Positions 19,592 to 29,361 of a stretch of 43,499 nt of DNA are shown piece after piece. The stretch comes from Sulfurimonas sp. (GTDB lineage: Bacteria; Campylobacterota; Campylobacteria; Campylobacterales; Sulfurimonadaceae): assembly GCF_027056685.1 (NCBI RefSeq), contig NZ_JALUKE010000007.1, positions 1 to 43,499 on the forward strand. The letters are read 5' to 3'. Each line of letters opens with the position of its first letter. Position 1 is the first letter of the stretch. The translations under genes were made by a program, and so were the position numbers. The notes under the pieces were generated by a model. The model was given only the letters and a program-made list of their open reading frames with translations, did not search any database and was not told the origin of the DNA.

Positions 19592-19699
19592 ATGAAAAAT
19601 TTAGAAGATACTGTTTTAACACTCATTATAGTGATTATGGTTTTTATGATAAGTAATCTATATAAAAGAGTAAAGAATCTTGAAGATAAGATAGAGTAG
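19592..19699 (+). CDS. 35-aa single-TM peptide MKNLEDTVLTLIIVIMVFMISNLYKRVKNLEDKIE
   Basis: AAGGA SD; hydrophobic helix plus charged tail; ends 5 nt before recG. Confidence 0.6.
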   Translation: MKNLEDTVLTLIIVIMVFMISNLYKRVKNLEDKIE

Positions 19700-19704
19700 T
19701 TCGT

Positions 19705-21498
19705 ATGAATTTATCTAAAGATGATACAGCAAAATTTAAAAAGCTTGGTATTGATTCCTTTTTAGAACTCTCTCTTTTAATTCCGCACTCTTATGAAGAT
19801 TACAGATTGCATACGCAACTACTTCCACAAAAAGCACAGCTTATAGATGCAACTGTTGAATCTGTGTATAAAGCGCCAAATTCCATACAAGTAACCTTTT
19901 TTGCACATAATTTAGGGCATACCATTCAAGGTGTTCTTTTTCGTCCTAAACCCTATATGCTCCATCAGTTTAAAGTTGGTGATAGAGATTACTACTATGG
20001 AATTATAGATTGTAAACAGGGGCATTGCTCAATGAGTATGCCAAAAAAAGTGACTAAAATTGGCAAAATCACAGCAAAATATAAAACTGCACTGAGAAAC
20101 GATGTAATGCTGCGTTTAGTGGAGAAATACCTTACAAAAGAGAACCTTTTAAGTGAAGGTCTAAACGCAGCAATAGCAGATGCCGTATTGCAACTCCATT
20201 TTCCAAACGCAGAGACACTTGATGGCATGCAACTGAGTGAGACATCCTTAGAAGCCTTAAAATATATAGAACTCTTCTCTTATATGCGTCTCTTAGCTGG
20301 GAAAAGACGCTACTTTAAAGCAGTGACATCTTTAAGTAGAGATTATGCTCCATGGAGTGAAACTCTGCCTTTTACGCTTACTGATGAGCAGATAAAGGCA
20401 ATAGAAGATATAAAAGATGATTTGAAAAAAGATGTAGCAGCAAAACGAATGGTCGTGGGTGATGTTGGGAGTGGTAAAACCATGGTAATTTTAGCAGCAG
20501 CTTATATGATGTTGCCAGAGCGTTCCATCCTAATGGCACCTACAACAATACTAGCAAATCAACTCTTTGAAGAGGCTCAAAAATTTCTACCAGAGGCTAA
20601 AATAGCCCTTGTGACAAACAAAACAAAAAAAGAGGATTTAAGTGCTTATGATTTCATCATTGGTACGCATGCACTTTTATACAGAGAGTTACCAAACGCA
20701 GCGCTTGTAATGGTGGATGAACAGCACCGCTTTGGAACATTGCAGAGAAATATGCTTGAAAAACTTGTGAGTGCTAATGAAAAAAGACCACACTATTTGC
20801 AATTTTCTGCAACACCAATTCCTAGAACGCAGGCGATGATAGAGAGTGCACACATTGATGTGAGCTTGATTACTACGACACCATTTACAAAAGATATTGA
20901 TTCATCTGTTATTCATAAAAGTGATTTTTCTACACTTTTAACGCATATAAAAGCTGAAATTGCGAAAAAAAATCAAGTCTTAATTGTTTATCCTTTAGTG
21001 GAGCAGAGTGAGATGCTTGATTATCAAAGTATTGATGAGGCAAGAGGGTATTGGGAGAAGAATTTTGAAAATGTTTATGTGACGCATGGAAAAGATAAGG
21101 CAAAAGAGCAGGTACTTATGGATTTTAGAGAAAAAGGAGATTTACTTATCTCCACAACCGTTGTAGAGGTTGGTATATCTTTGCCACGGCTTACCACTGT
21201 TGTGATTGTAGGTGCAGAGAGACTTGGACTCTCAACATTGCATCAGCTTCGAGGACGAGTGAGTAGAACGGGGCTTAAAGGCTACTGTTACCTTTACACA
21301 AATCAGCAAAAGTCACAAAGGCTTGAAGAATTTGTGCATACTACAAGTGGTTTTGATATAGCAAATTTAGATTTGAAATTTCGTAAAAGTGGTGATTTGC
21401 TCAAAGGTCTCTCACAAAGTGGGAGTCAGTTTAGATGGATTGATTTTGCAGAGGATGAAAAAGTGGTTAAGCAAGTAAAACGAGACTTGAAAATTTGA
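19705..21498 (+). CDS. recG: ATP-dependent DNA helicase RecG
   Basis: GDVGSGKT, MAPTTILANQ, DEQHRFG, SATPIPRT, TTVVEVG, LHQLRGRV. Confidence 0.96.
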   Translation: MNLSKDDTAKFKKLGIDSFLELSLLIPHSYEDYRLHTQLLPQKAQLIDATVESVYKAPNSIQVTFFAHNLGHTIQGVLFRPKPYMLHQFKVGDRDYYYGIIDCKQGHCSMSMPKKVTKIGKITAKYKTALRNDVMLRLVEKYLTKENLLSEGLNAAIADAVLQLHFPNAETLDGMQLSETSLEALKYIELFSYMRLLAGKRRYFKAVTSLSRDYAPWSETLPFTLTDEQIKAIEDIKDDLKKDVAAKRMVVGDVGSGKTMVILAAAYMMLPERSILMAPTTILANQLFEEAQKFLPEAKIALVTNKTKKEDLSAYDFIIGTHALLYRELPNAALVMVDEQHRFGTLQRNMLEKLVSANEKRPHYLQFSATPIPRTQAMIESAHIDVSLITTTPFTKDIDSSVIHKSDFSTLLTHIKAEIAKKNQVLIVYPLVEQSEMLDYQSIDEARGYWEKNFENVYVTHGKDKAKEQVLMDFREKGDLLISTTVVEVGISLPRLTTVVIVGAERLGLSTLHQLRGRVSRTGLKGYCYLYTNQQKSQRLEEFVHTTSGFDIANLDLKFRKSGDLLKGLSQSGSQFRWIDFAEDEKVVKQVKRDLKI

Positions 21499-21500
21499 GC

Positions 21501-22034
21501 TTAATAAAGCCCAAATTTTCCATCGTTTCTTTTGTAAAGAACGCGTGTTTTGTTTTCATTGTCTAAAAAGATTTCAAACATTTTACCACTTGTTTTGAGA
21601 TCTTCTAAAACATCTTCCACTTCACGAGGTTTATAGAGATCTAATTCAACCGGAATAATTTCATCTTCTATCTCTTGAGATGCTTCTTTTACATCAACAT
21701 TTTCTGCTTTAACTTCATTGAGACCAACTTTTTGATGGTCTGTAACTTTATCATGTAGACGACGGAGTGCTTTTTGTGCTCTATTTGTAGCTAAATCAAT
21801 AGCAACATATAAATCTTCATCATTTTGTTTAATTATAATTGTATTTTTGTGAGCCAAGTTGATAACAAAATCAACAAATGCATGCTCTTTACCTTTTTTT
21901 GTTTGTGAAGATGCAATGACATTTACTGAAATAATGTCAAGATTAAATTTTTTTAATGTTTCGATAGAAGATGAGATATGCTCTTTAATAGCATCAGTAA
22001 GTTCAATATTTCTTCCTGTCATACTAATATTCAT
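21501..22034 (-). CDS. hpf: Ribosome hibernation promoting factor (long HPF/RaiA)
   Basis: MNISMTGRNIELTDAIK, DLY.AID, C-terminal VLYKRNDGKFGL domain. Confidence 0.9.
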   Translation of the reverse strand: MNISMTGRNIELTDAIKEHISSSIETLKKFNLDIISVNVIASSQTKKGKEHAFVDFVINLAHKNTIIIKQNDEDLYVAIDLATNRAQKALRRLHDKVTDHQKVGLNEVKAENVDVKEASQEIEDEIIPVELDLYKPREVEDVLEDLKTSGKMFEIFLDNENKTRVLYKRNDGKFGLY

Positions 22035-22062
22035 TTTAAATCCTTTTTTGTGATATAAGTCA

Positions 22063-22071
22063 ATTATAGCA
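22063..22071 (-). promoter_or_regulatory. Extended -10 promoter for hpf
   Basis: TGCTATAAT on minus strand, followed by AAGGA SD. Confidence 0.55.
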
Positions 22072-22098
22072 TTAAAAAGTTGATAAAGGATTATAAAT

Positions 22099-22581
22099 TT
22101 ATAATTTTTGTATGCTTCTTTTAAAATATCGAATAGGCTCGCTAACTACAGTTGGATTAACTACGCTTACAGATATATCCATCAAAACAGAACCATTTTG
22201 TTCAGGAGTGGTAACAGTGGCATAGACATTGTCATTTACCGTGCCATCATCTACACATCCAGCAGGAAGTGGAGTTGTATAGATGAATCTATTTGTAATA
22301 TTAATTTGATAAATATTGTCTTGTGTAAAGTGTAAATCATTAAAATGTGTGCAGGGACCATCTTGTGCAATTTTTAAAAGAGAGTACTCTGCTGCACTAT
22401 GTGCTTCTAGTACGGCTTGTTCATAGAGATAGAGGTCAGCTGTTTTTTTCGTGGACTTTGCACTCAGAAACATAGCTAATGCCATTATTGTTGAGATAAC
22501 AACTATTAGAGCTATTGCCATAATCATTGCAAAGGCTGGTTTTGCTTTTCTATTGGCTAAAAAATTGTTTTTTCTTTGCAT
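22099..22581 (-). CDS. Minor pilin-like protein lacking Glu5 (PilX/MshP-like)
   Basis: KPA/FAMIMAIALIVVI helix; A..AAE pattern; last gene of the cluster. Confidence 0.6.
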   Translation of the reverse strand: MQRKNNFLANRKAKPAFAMIMAIALIVVISTIMALAMFLSAKSTKKTADLYLYEQAVLEAHSAAEYSLLKIAQDGPCTHFNDLHFTQDNIYQINITNRFIYTTPLPAGCVDDGTVNDNVYATVTTPEQNGSVLMDISVSVVNPTVVSEPIRYFKRSIQKL

Positions 22582-23477
22582 AAAGAATACTCCTCTGCTA
22601 GGTCACTTTTTGTACAAACTTGAATTTTCATAATTGAACCTATTGACATAAACTGAAATGTACTTACATCAGTCATTAAAATGGAATTCTTACCGTCTGT
22701 CATTTTTTCACCGTTCCATGGTTGATAATCATAATATAAACGCAGTGTCCCTTTGTTGTTTGTTCCAGGTTCATATACAATGGCATAAGCTGTCCAAGCA
22801 AGCAAATAGTATTCATAAACATCAACACCACTGAAATCCACTCCATTTGAGCTTGTAAAGGCATTAGCTATTCCGGCTACTCTTTTTATGGGGTGCATTG
22901 CTCCTTGTTGTGTTATAAGTTTACCATTTCCTGCGTTTGTACCTGACCAACCATATCCTGTTTGTACATTACTATTTGCTCCTACAAAGTAGATAGCAGC
23001 ATCATCTATAGTTGTATTTCTATCACTTAGATCACCAATCATTGTGTTTACATTCGCAGTATCAGTTTGAGGAGAGACAAGTATGTGTTGATTGCCTGCA
23101 TTAAGATCAATGATACCGCTCCAATCTGGAAGATATGGGGTTCCATGTGCTTGGAGACTGAGTCCTCTGCGACTCTCTTGGGCAATACCAACCCACTCTA
23201 AAACTTTATAATTGCTGCCTGTTGCATCAGCGATGGCTATAGGGTTTGCATTTGTGGAAGTTCTTGCTATAACAGAATCTTTTATTCTGTATTGCAATCG
23301 TGCAGCTATAGTTTCAACAGCAGTTTCACTTTTTGATTGAAGTTCATTGTTGATTTTTGAAAATATGAAACTTTGGTATGCTTTTGCTAAAAATTCTACT
23401 CCAAATTTTCCAATTATTCCCATAATTACAATGACAAAAATTAGTTCAACCATGGTAAACGCAGCATGTTTTTTCAT
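22557..23477 (-). CDS. Minor pilin-like protein (PilW/MshO-like)
   Basis: Prepilin motif AA/FTMVELIFVIVIMG; 306 aa. Confidence 0.7.
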   Translation of the reverse strand: MKKHAAFTMVELIFVIVIMGIIGKFGVEFLAKAYQSFIFSKINNELQSKSETAVETIAARLQYRIKDSVIARTSTNANPIAIADATGSNYKVLEWVGIAQESRRGLSLQAHGTPYLPDWSGIIDLNAGNQHILVSPQTDTANVNTMIGDLSDRNTTIDDAAIYFVGANSNVQTGYGWSGTNAGNGKLITQQGAMHPIKRVAGIANAFTSSNGVDFSGVDVYEYYLLAWTAYAIVYEPGTNNKGTLRLYYDYQPWNGEKMTDGKNSILMTDVSTFQFMSIGSIMKIQVCTKSDLAEEYSLCKEKTIF

Positions 23478-24103
23478 TAGTATGCCTTTTTGTAATAATC
23501 AGTTTCGCCGATATTTGTTACATATGTTTTGAGTGATGTTAAAATAGTACCATCTGAATTTTTTATAGTGACTTGAATAGGTTTAATATTTTTACTATTA
23601 TTTAAATCACCAAATGTAGCTTTCTTTCCTACTGTGACCATAGATTTATATTCATTTTTATAACCTTCTTTATTTGGAGTTGGATTCAAAAATATCAATC
23701 TATAATTATGCGCCGCGTTCTCAACAGTTTCTACAGTTGCTGAATTAGCATCTGCCGGTATCGTTGCATTACTATCTAAACATCTTCTATGCAAAGGTTG
23801 CTCAATCTGACCGGGTAGGAGTCTATAACGAGGAGAACTTGTATTGTCATCGCAACTCCCATTAATGTCAATTACTTTTGCATACGAGTTAGGCGTCGCA
23901 GGGTTTATAGAATTTGCATCCCAATGGTAGGTTGTAGCTTCATTGAGTTCTGTCGCTGCTGCAAATATAGCTTCCTGGACTATACTATTTTCAATGCCTT
24001 TTGCCGTAACACGACTCATCATGGGTAGAGTAAGTACAGTAATCGCAATAATAACAATAGCAAAGATTAACTCAATCAGAGTAAACGCAGACCTCTTTAC
24101 CAC
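23477..24103 (-). CDS. Minor pilin-like protein (PilV/MshD-like)
   Basis: Prepilin motif SA/FTLIELIFAIV. Confidence 0.7.
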   Translation of the reverse strand: MVKRSAFTLIELIFAIVIIAITVLTLPMMSRVTAKGIENSIVQEAIFAAATELNEATTYHWDANSINPATPNSYAKVIDINGSCDDNTSSPRYRLLPGQIEQPLHRRCLDSNATIPADANSATVETVENAAHNYRLIFLNPTPNKEGYKNEYKSMVTVGKKATFGDLNNSKNIKPIQVTIKNSDGTILTSLKTYVTNIGETDYYKKAY

Positions 24104-27100
24104 ATCAGTCTCCTGTTTGTAATATCAGCTGCATTTTTCTTAGTTGTAGAATTTGTTTCGTGTTCTCCAGCCCAACCTGCTGAACTATTTATAAATTCAA
24201 CTTCAAATTCATTTTTCTTTGCATTTTTATTATATCTGTTATAAATCAACCAATTAGAAGCATTGATCTCCATCGTTGTTATATATGGGTATCCATTAGT
24301 GCTTGCAGTGGAGTATTTAAGAAGCGCTTTTGTTAGTGTTTGTGCGTCTATTGTAGTGGCTTGAACATTACCTGAACCTAAAGGAAAGCCTCTTTGATTG
24401 ATGCTGTTTACTCTACCATCTCTAGCAGTTTTATGTTTCGTATTTATAAACCACCTAGGATCATCACTGTATTTTGAGTTAAATTTATCTTGTAAGAGTG
24501 ATTTGTTACCATCATTTGCTAAGTCACAATAGACCTCATAATAGATAGAAACATTTCCATCAGCGCCAAAATATCTCTGTCTTAATGCATGTGCTTTACC
24601 ATAATAATGTTTGATTTTATAGTTTAAATCTTTTTTTCCCTCTGCTGCGTTTGAGAGATTGAGGTCTGCAGTATATGCACAGTTTGCAGGAGTACTACAT
24701 GCAACTTTATAAGTTTTAAAAGTTATGAGCTCTGGATTAACAGCTTTATTTACTTTTCTATCATAGTTTAAGTTTAGTATTGTGTTTACACTACCCTGAG
24801 CACTTTTAATAAAGTCAGAATTAGGAAGAGAAATTTTATTTAATTCCTTCTTTTGTGAGTTATTTAGATCTTTTACTTCTTCTCTTATTTGAGTAGAATT
24901 CTCATCTAATATATGAAGTCTATACTTATAAGCAATTGAGTAATTTATATCACTCACTTTTATATTTAGTTGAAGTGGTTGCGCGTAACATCCATTTACA
25001 AAGTTTGTAGTTGCTGCTGAGTCTGCTCCTACAGCACTAATAATGCCGTTAAGGTGAAAAGACATATTTTCATCACTATTTTTGCTTATATCAGCCATGT
25101 AAATATATGCGTCCGTTACATTTGCATCATCTGTTAATCCTACAGTCGGATTTACTGCGTTTAGATCAAATGCATAAGGGTGAAAAGTTACATTTTTATC
25201 AGTGTAAATAAAACCAGTATCTACATTTTTATGAGAAGAACTGATTTGACATCCATTGAGTTGATAATGAGTGCTAGAGACTACATTAGCGGAGTTTTGA
25301 ATACAATCTGCATTTGCAGCAGAATTGAAATATTTGTTATTTTGATGGTGTTGTATATATTTATAATCAACAGCTGTCCACTCTTTATCAACTGCAGAGA
25401 GTTTGTACTCTCCAACTTGTGATACTGAACTGTTATGGTCTAAAAATCCATTGTTAAATCCACCTTCAATTATTTTATTAGTCGTATCATTACACGCATT
25501 ACTATTTATAGCTTGTCGTGGTGTCCATTTATATTGAAGTTGCATAGCTGTGTTACTCTGATTATTGTCAAACGCAGCATTATATCCTTTAGATGGATTG
25601 TTGTCTTGATGATTTGTCGCATTTATATCTAGTCTATAGCTATATCCTGCAGCTAAGTTTATATCATTATTTGCACCCGTACCATTGATATTTAAAAGAT
25701 TTGAAGATGTAGTTTGGTTTTGATCTTTGAGTTGTAGTAAAAATGCTTCCGGACGGATTGCAAAATTATCTCTTGAACACTCATTTTTGATTTCTGTTCC
25801 AAATATACATGAAAAACATTGACTTAGTTCAGAAGAATCCATTCCATTATTGGAAGATCCTTTTCCCTCGCTACCACAGTATGTATCAATTTTTTTAGAA
25901 GTTCCAAAACTTGCATCACACTCTTGCCCTGCTAGTTGATCATAATTAGTAATTTCAAAAAGCTTACTAGAATTTTCTTTTAGGTTTACACGAGAGCTAT
26001 TTATTGCAGAAGGATTATAGCTTAATCTAAAAGCAACATTTTTTGATGCTCTATTAAAAAATAGATTATTTTGTAAGTCTGCTTTTTTTATTCCTATGTA
26101 TTTGGTAGTATTGTTATCAAATATTACCCATATTTTATGATTGTTGATTGTTGTTGCATTATGATCAGTACAAGTGGCTGTAGCATAGTGAAAACCTGAC
26201 ATGTCAACCATTTCTAATCCAATTACACCCGTAGCTCCTTTTGTGGTATTGAGATCATCTGGATCAAGTGATTGCATCAAATAGTTATCTGTATATCTTT
26301 TTACAACTTGTGTTGGAAGATTAAAATAGTAGTCAGAACTTAAAGAGCTGTTTTTTTGTGATTTATGAACTACATTAAATCTACCTGGTACTGGTGTATA
26401 AGCAGAGCTTCCCTGACAGGGATTCATATCGGCAATATCGGATGTTCCTATACCTGTAATGTTAGTAGATTGTCCATCAATTTTTACGCTGTATTTATAA
26501 GTTAGTCTTGCATGTATTGTAGTGTTTATATCTGAGCCTAAATGATTTAAACTATAGTAAGTATAAAAATATTGTAAAGATCCTAGATGTCCAATTGGGA
26601 TATTATAATTATGGTCATTACCGACATCTCTACCTGCATCAGATATAGGGTCTTGCTGCAGACCTCCAGGGACAGTTACAGCAGTGCTGTCTCTTTTATA
26701 GGTAACTTTTGAGGTATCTATATTATAGATGTGAACCTGTAAATCATTGAGTTCAATATCAGAATTTTCAAGATTTTTAAAATATAATTTTACATCGATA
26801 GGTCTAGTTGGTGAAAAGCTACCTTCAATTTCTGTCGGTTTCGTACTTGGAGCAGTAATGTAGTAGCCATTCTGTCCATAAGTATAGTCATAGCATAGTC
26901 TAGGTGCGTATATTTGTGTTGAAAATACTATTAGTGATGGAAAATAGGTATCTTGATCTGAGGTAAACTGAAATTTTGCACCTGTCTCTCCTGTTTTTAT
27001 AATATTTCTTGCCCCTGAGGTTGTTCCAACATCATAGTATTGGATGTCGATTCCGTTGTTGTTAATAAGATCTGGAACTCTTGTAGCAGGCACATCAATG

Positions 27101-28428
27101 CGAGAATCAAATGTACCGAGGGTTGCCATTGGTGAAGTTGGTCTTCGTATGCCGCTCATCTTGACTACATCGCCAGTATTTTTGAGATATTTATCTCCCT
27201 CTCCAGCAAATACATATGTTTTAGAATCGACAGGGTTCACTTTTGGTGTTAGAAAACCACTAACTGATACATTAATATTACCACTACTAGAAGTGACTTT
27301 TTTATACCCATCAAATATACTAATGTTTCTTGTTGTAGTGCTATTATTGTCTTGATAAACTACAACCAAACTCCATGCACCATAGTTACCTAGTCCATCA
27401 GAAGGATCAGCATCAGATGTTTCTCCTGTATTTGTATAAAAGCTAGAAGGATCCACATAATATGTTCCACTACCAGTTACAGCGGGAAGAGCATCTGCAC
27501 TGGCAGAGTATATATTAATATAATCAGTACTACTAAAGTCAGCAACATCAGCCGTTAGCTTCTTGTATGCTCCACTATTTCCTTTTTTTATTTCTATAAC
27601 CTTTGCTAAGTTCTTTTGCTTATTTGTCCATTGTTTATAGTCTTTTTTATATTGTGCTTTTATTCTACCTTGCCAGTAAATACGGGCATATACAACTACA
27701 GCACCGTCAGGTATAGTAAGAGTTGATGATGAAATAGGAGCTTTTTGTAAGTCAACTTGATCGTTTGAAAGACCATCCTTAGATTCTTCACATTGCCCAT
27801 GTGAATTGTGCTCACATAAAACAGTATTCCCAATAACTTTTACATCACCAGTAATATTTTCTTGATGTCGTAGTTCAAAATCTCTATCTCCATTACTTTC
27901 TTGTGTTGCAGTTGGACAAGCTTGCACAACACCTCTGTATTGTTGCCCATTCTTTGTATAGGTAGCATATAAGTTAGCACCGTTGAAACAACTCATACCT
28001 GCAAAGTTAGAAGCCCATATAGAATTACTGTTGTCGTCTGGTGGAATCGAATTAGCTAAGTCAAAAACTGTTGTTTTACCTAACATTCCAAAAGGACCCA
28101 TATTGATGTTACTTTTAGATGTACAAGTTCCAGAAGGGTTGACACCACAATCACTTGAGAAAGATCCTCCCAATCCACTCTCATCATAAATAGCTTCTAC
28201 ATTGGACAGCGTTGAAGAACCAATGTTTTTAAGTGGATATGTATTTTTACATCCCAATCCTCCAGAGCATATTCCCATATTTATACACATAAAACCACTA
28301 GGAGTAGGCTTTTCATAACAAATATCATCCGCATTGTCAACATAAGTTGTTTTTGCGTTTAAATTGGAAAGAAAAAAAGTAAAAAAGGTTAAGTTAATAA
28401 ATAAAAGTTTCAAAATTAGCGGTTTCAT
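24097..28428 (-). CDS. 1443-aa secreted, Cys-containing, beta-rich adhesin-like protein (putative pilus-tip protein)
   Basis: Sec signal peptide; Cys/Gly-rich N-domain; N/S/T/G-rich; overlaps the first of three minor pilin genes. Confidence 0.65.
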   Translation of the reverse strand: MKPLILKLLFINLTFFTFFLSNLNAKTTYVDNADDICYEKPTPSGFMCINMGICSGGLGCKNTYPLKNIGSSTLSNVEAIYDESGLGGSFSSDCGVNPSGTCTSKSNINMGPFGMLGKTTVFDLANSIPPDDNSNSIWASNFAGMSCFNGANLYATYTKNGQQYRGVVQACPTATQESNGDRDFELRHQENITGDVKVIGNTVLCEHNSHGQCEESKDGLSNDQVDLQKAPISSSTLTIPDGAVVVYARIYWQGRIKAQYKKDYKQWTNKQKNLAKVIEIKKGNSGAYKKLTADVADFSSTDYINIYSASADALPAVTGSGTYYVDPSSFYTNTGETSDADPSDGLGNYGAWSLVVVYQDNNSTTTRNISIFDGYKKVTSSSGNINVSVSGFLTPKVNPVDSKTYVFAGEGDKYLKNTGDVVKMSGIRRPTSPMATLGTFDSRIDVPATRVPDLINNNGIDIQYYDVGTTSGARNIIKTGETGAKFQFTSDQDTYFPSLIVFSTQIYAPRLCYDYTYGQNGYYITAPSTKPTEIEGSFSPTRPIDVKLYFKNLENSDIELNDLQVHIYNIDTSKVTYKRDSTAVTVPGGLQQDPISDAGRDVGNDHNYNIPIGHLGSLQYFYTYYSLNHLGSDINTTIHARLTYKYSVKIDGQSTNITGIGTSDIADMNPCQGSSAYTPVPGRFNVVHKSQKNSSLSSDYYFNLPTQVVKRYTDNYLMQSLDPDDLNTTKGATGVIGLEMVDMSGFHYATATCTDHNATTINNHKIWVIFDNNTTKYIGIKKADLQNNLFFNRASKNVAFRLSYNPSAINSSRVNLKENSSKLFEITNYDQLAGQECDASFGTSKKIDTYCGSEGKGSSNNGMDSSELSQCFSCIFGTEIKNECSRDNFAIRPEAFLLQLKDQNQTTSSNLLNINGTGANNDINLAAGYSYRLDINATNHQDNNPSKGYNAAFDNNQSNTAMQLQYKWTPRQAINSNACNDTTNKIIEGGFNNGFLDHNSSVSQVGEYKLSAVDKEWTAVDYKYIQHHQNNKYFNSAANADCIQNSANVVSSTHYQLNGCQISSSHKNVDTGFIYTDKNVTFHPYAFDLNAVNPTVGLTDDANVTDAYIYMADISKNSDENMSFHLNGIISAVGADSAATTNFVNGCYAQPLQLNIKVSDINYSIAYKYRLHILDENSTQIREEVKDLNNSQKKELNKISLPNSDFIKSAQGSVNTILNLNYDRKVNKAVNPELITFKTYKVACSTPANCAYTADLNLSNAAEGKKDLNYKIKHYYGKAHALRQRYFGADGNVSIYYEVYCDLANDGNKSLLQDKFNSKYSDDPRWFINTKHKTARDGRVNSINQRGFPLGSGNVQATTIDAQTLTKALLKYSTASTNGYPYITTMEINASNWLIYNRYNKNAKKNEFEVEFINSSAGWAGEHETNSTTKKNAADITNRRLMW

Positions 28429-28607
28429 AGCGTCCCCTTCAGAGTAAAATTACTGCACCACACAACGGGGCTCAGTAGCAAAGCACAGTTACTATACTAC
28501 ATTATCTAATGAGTAAGCTTTAAAAAAGCTGAAATCTCTCTTATTTAATGCGTGTTATATATCTTTTAGATAAAATAACAATCTAATTACGAAAGGAAGT
28601 CTATTTT

Positions 28608-29348
28608 ATGAAAAGAATGTATATATTTTTGGGTTTGTTTGTTTTGAGTCTGCTTTTCAGTGCATGTTCAAAAAGTGTTGATGAATATAATAAACCAGCC
28701 GTTTACTGGTATGGTAAAATTATAGAATCCCTCTCAGATGGAAACTATGATAAAGCTGATGATTACTACTCCTCATTGCAGGGTGAGCATATTGGTTCGC
28801 CACTTTTACCTGAGGCGACGATGATTTTGGCAATTGCACATATGCACAATGGGGAGTATCTTTTAACGGAACATTTTTTGAGTGAGTACATAAAGCGTTA
28901 TGCCAACGCCAATGAGATAGAGTTTGCAGAGTATTTAAAAATCAAAGCAAAATACAGATCTTTGCCACATCCAAGAAGAGATCAGGTTTTTATTCAAGAT
29001 GCTATTGAACAAGCTGAAGCTTTTGAGAAAAACCATCCTCACTCTATGTACTACTCTTTAGTAGATACAATGCTCACAAGACTTTATCTTGGAAGAGCTT
29101 CGTTTAACGAGAGTATTGCAGGTTTGTATGATAGAATTGATAAACCAAGATCAGCAAAATATTATAGAGATCTTGACCCTCAGGCGTGGATAAACTGGAA
29201 AAATGTTACACCGGCTAAAATTCCTTGGTATAGAGAGTGGTTTGTTGGCGATGGCAAATCAAGTTGGTATGCTTTTTTAATACCAGATACAAAAAGTGTC
29301 GTTTCACGAAATACAGTTAGCGATAGTGATGAAAATATAACGAAGTAA
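28608..29348 (+). CDS. bamD: Outer-membrane assembly lipoprotein BamD/ComL
   Basis: Lipobox FSAC; TPR-like helices; RDQ motif; upstream of lon as in Campylobacterota. Confidence 0.85.
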   Translation: MKRMYIFLGLFVLSLLFSACSKSVDEYNKPAVYWYGKIIESLSDGNYDKADDYYSSLQGEHIGSPLLPEATMILAIAHMHNGEYLLTEHFLSEYIKRYANANEIEFAEYLKIKAKYRSLPHPRRDQVFIQDAIEQAEAFEKNHPHSMYYSLVDTMLTRLYLGRASFNESIAGLYDRIDKPRSAKYYRDLDPQAWINWKNVTPAKIPWYREWFVGDGKSSWYAFLIPDTKSVVSRNTVSDSDENITK

Positions 29349-29361
29349 AGGATGAAAATTT

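Noticed and set aside
8393-24103. Ala rather than Gly at position -1 of the prepilin cleavage sites
   Set aside because: A/FT-type sites are common in Campylobacterota pilin-like proteins, so not novel
28429-28607. c-di-GMP riboswitch upstream of the adhesin gene
   Set aside because: The GGCAAA...GAAA...GACGCAAA consensus is not present
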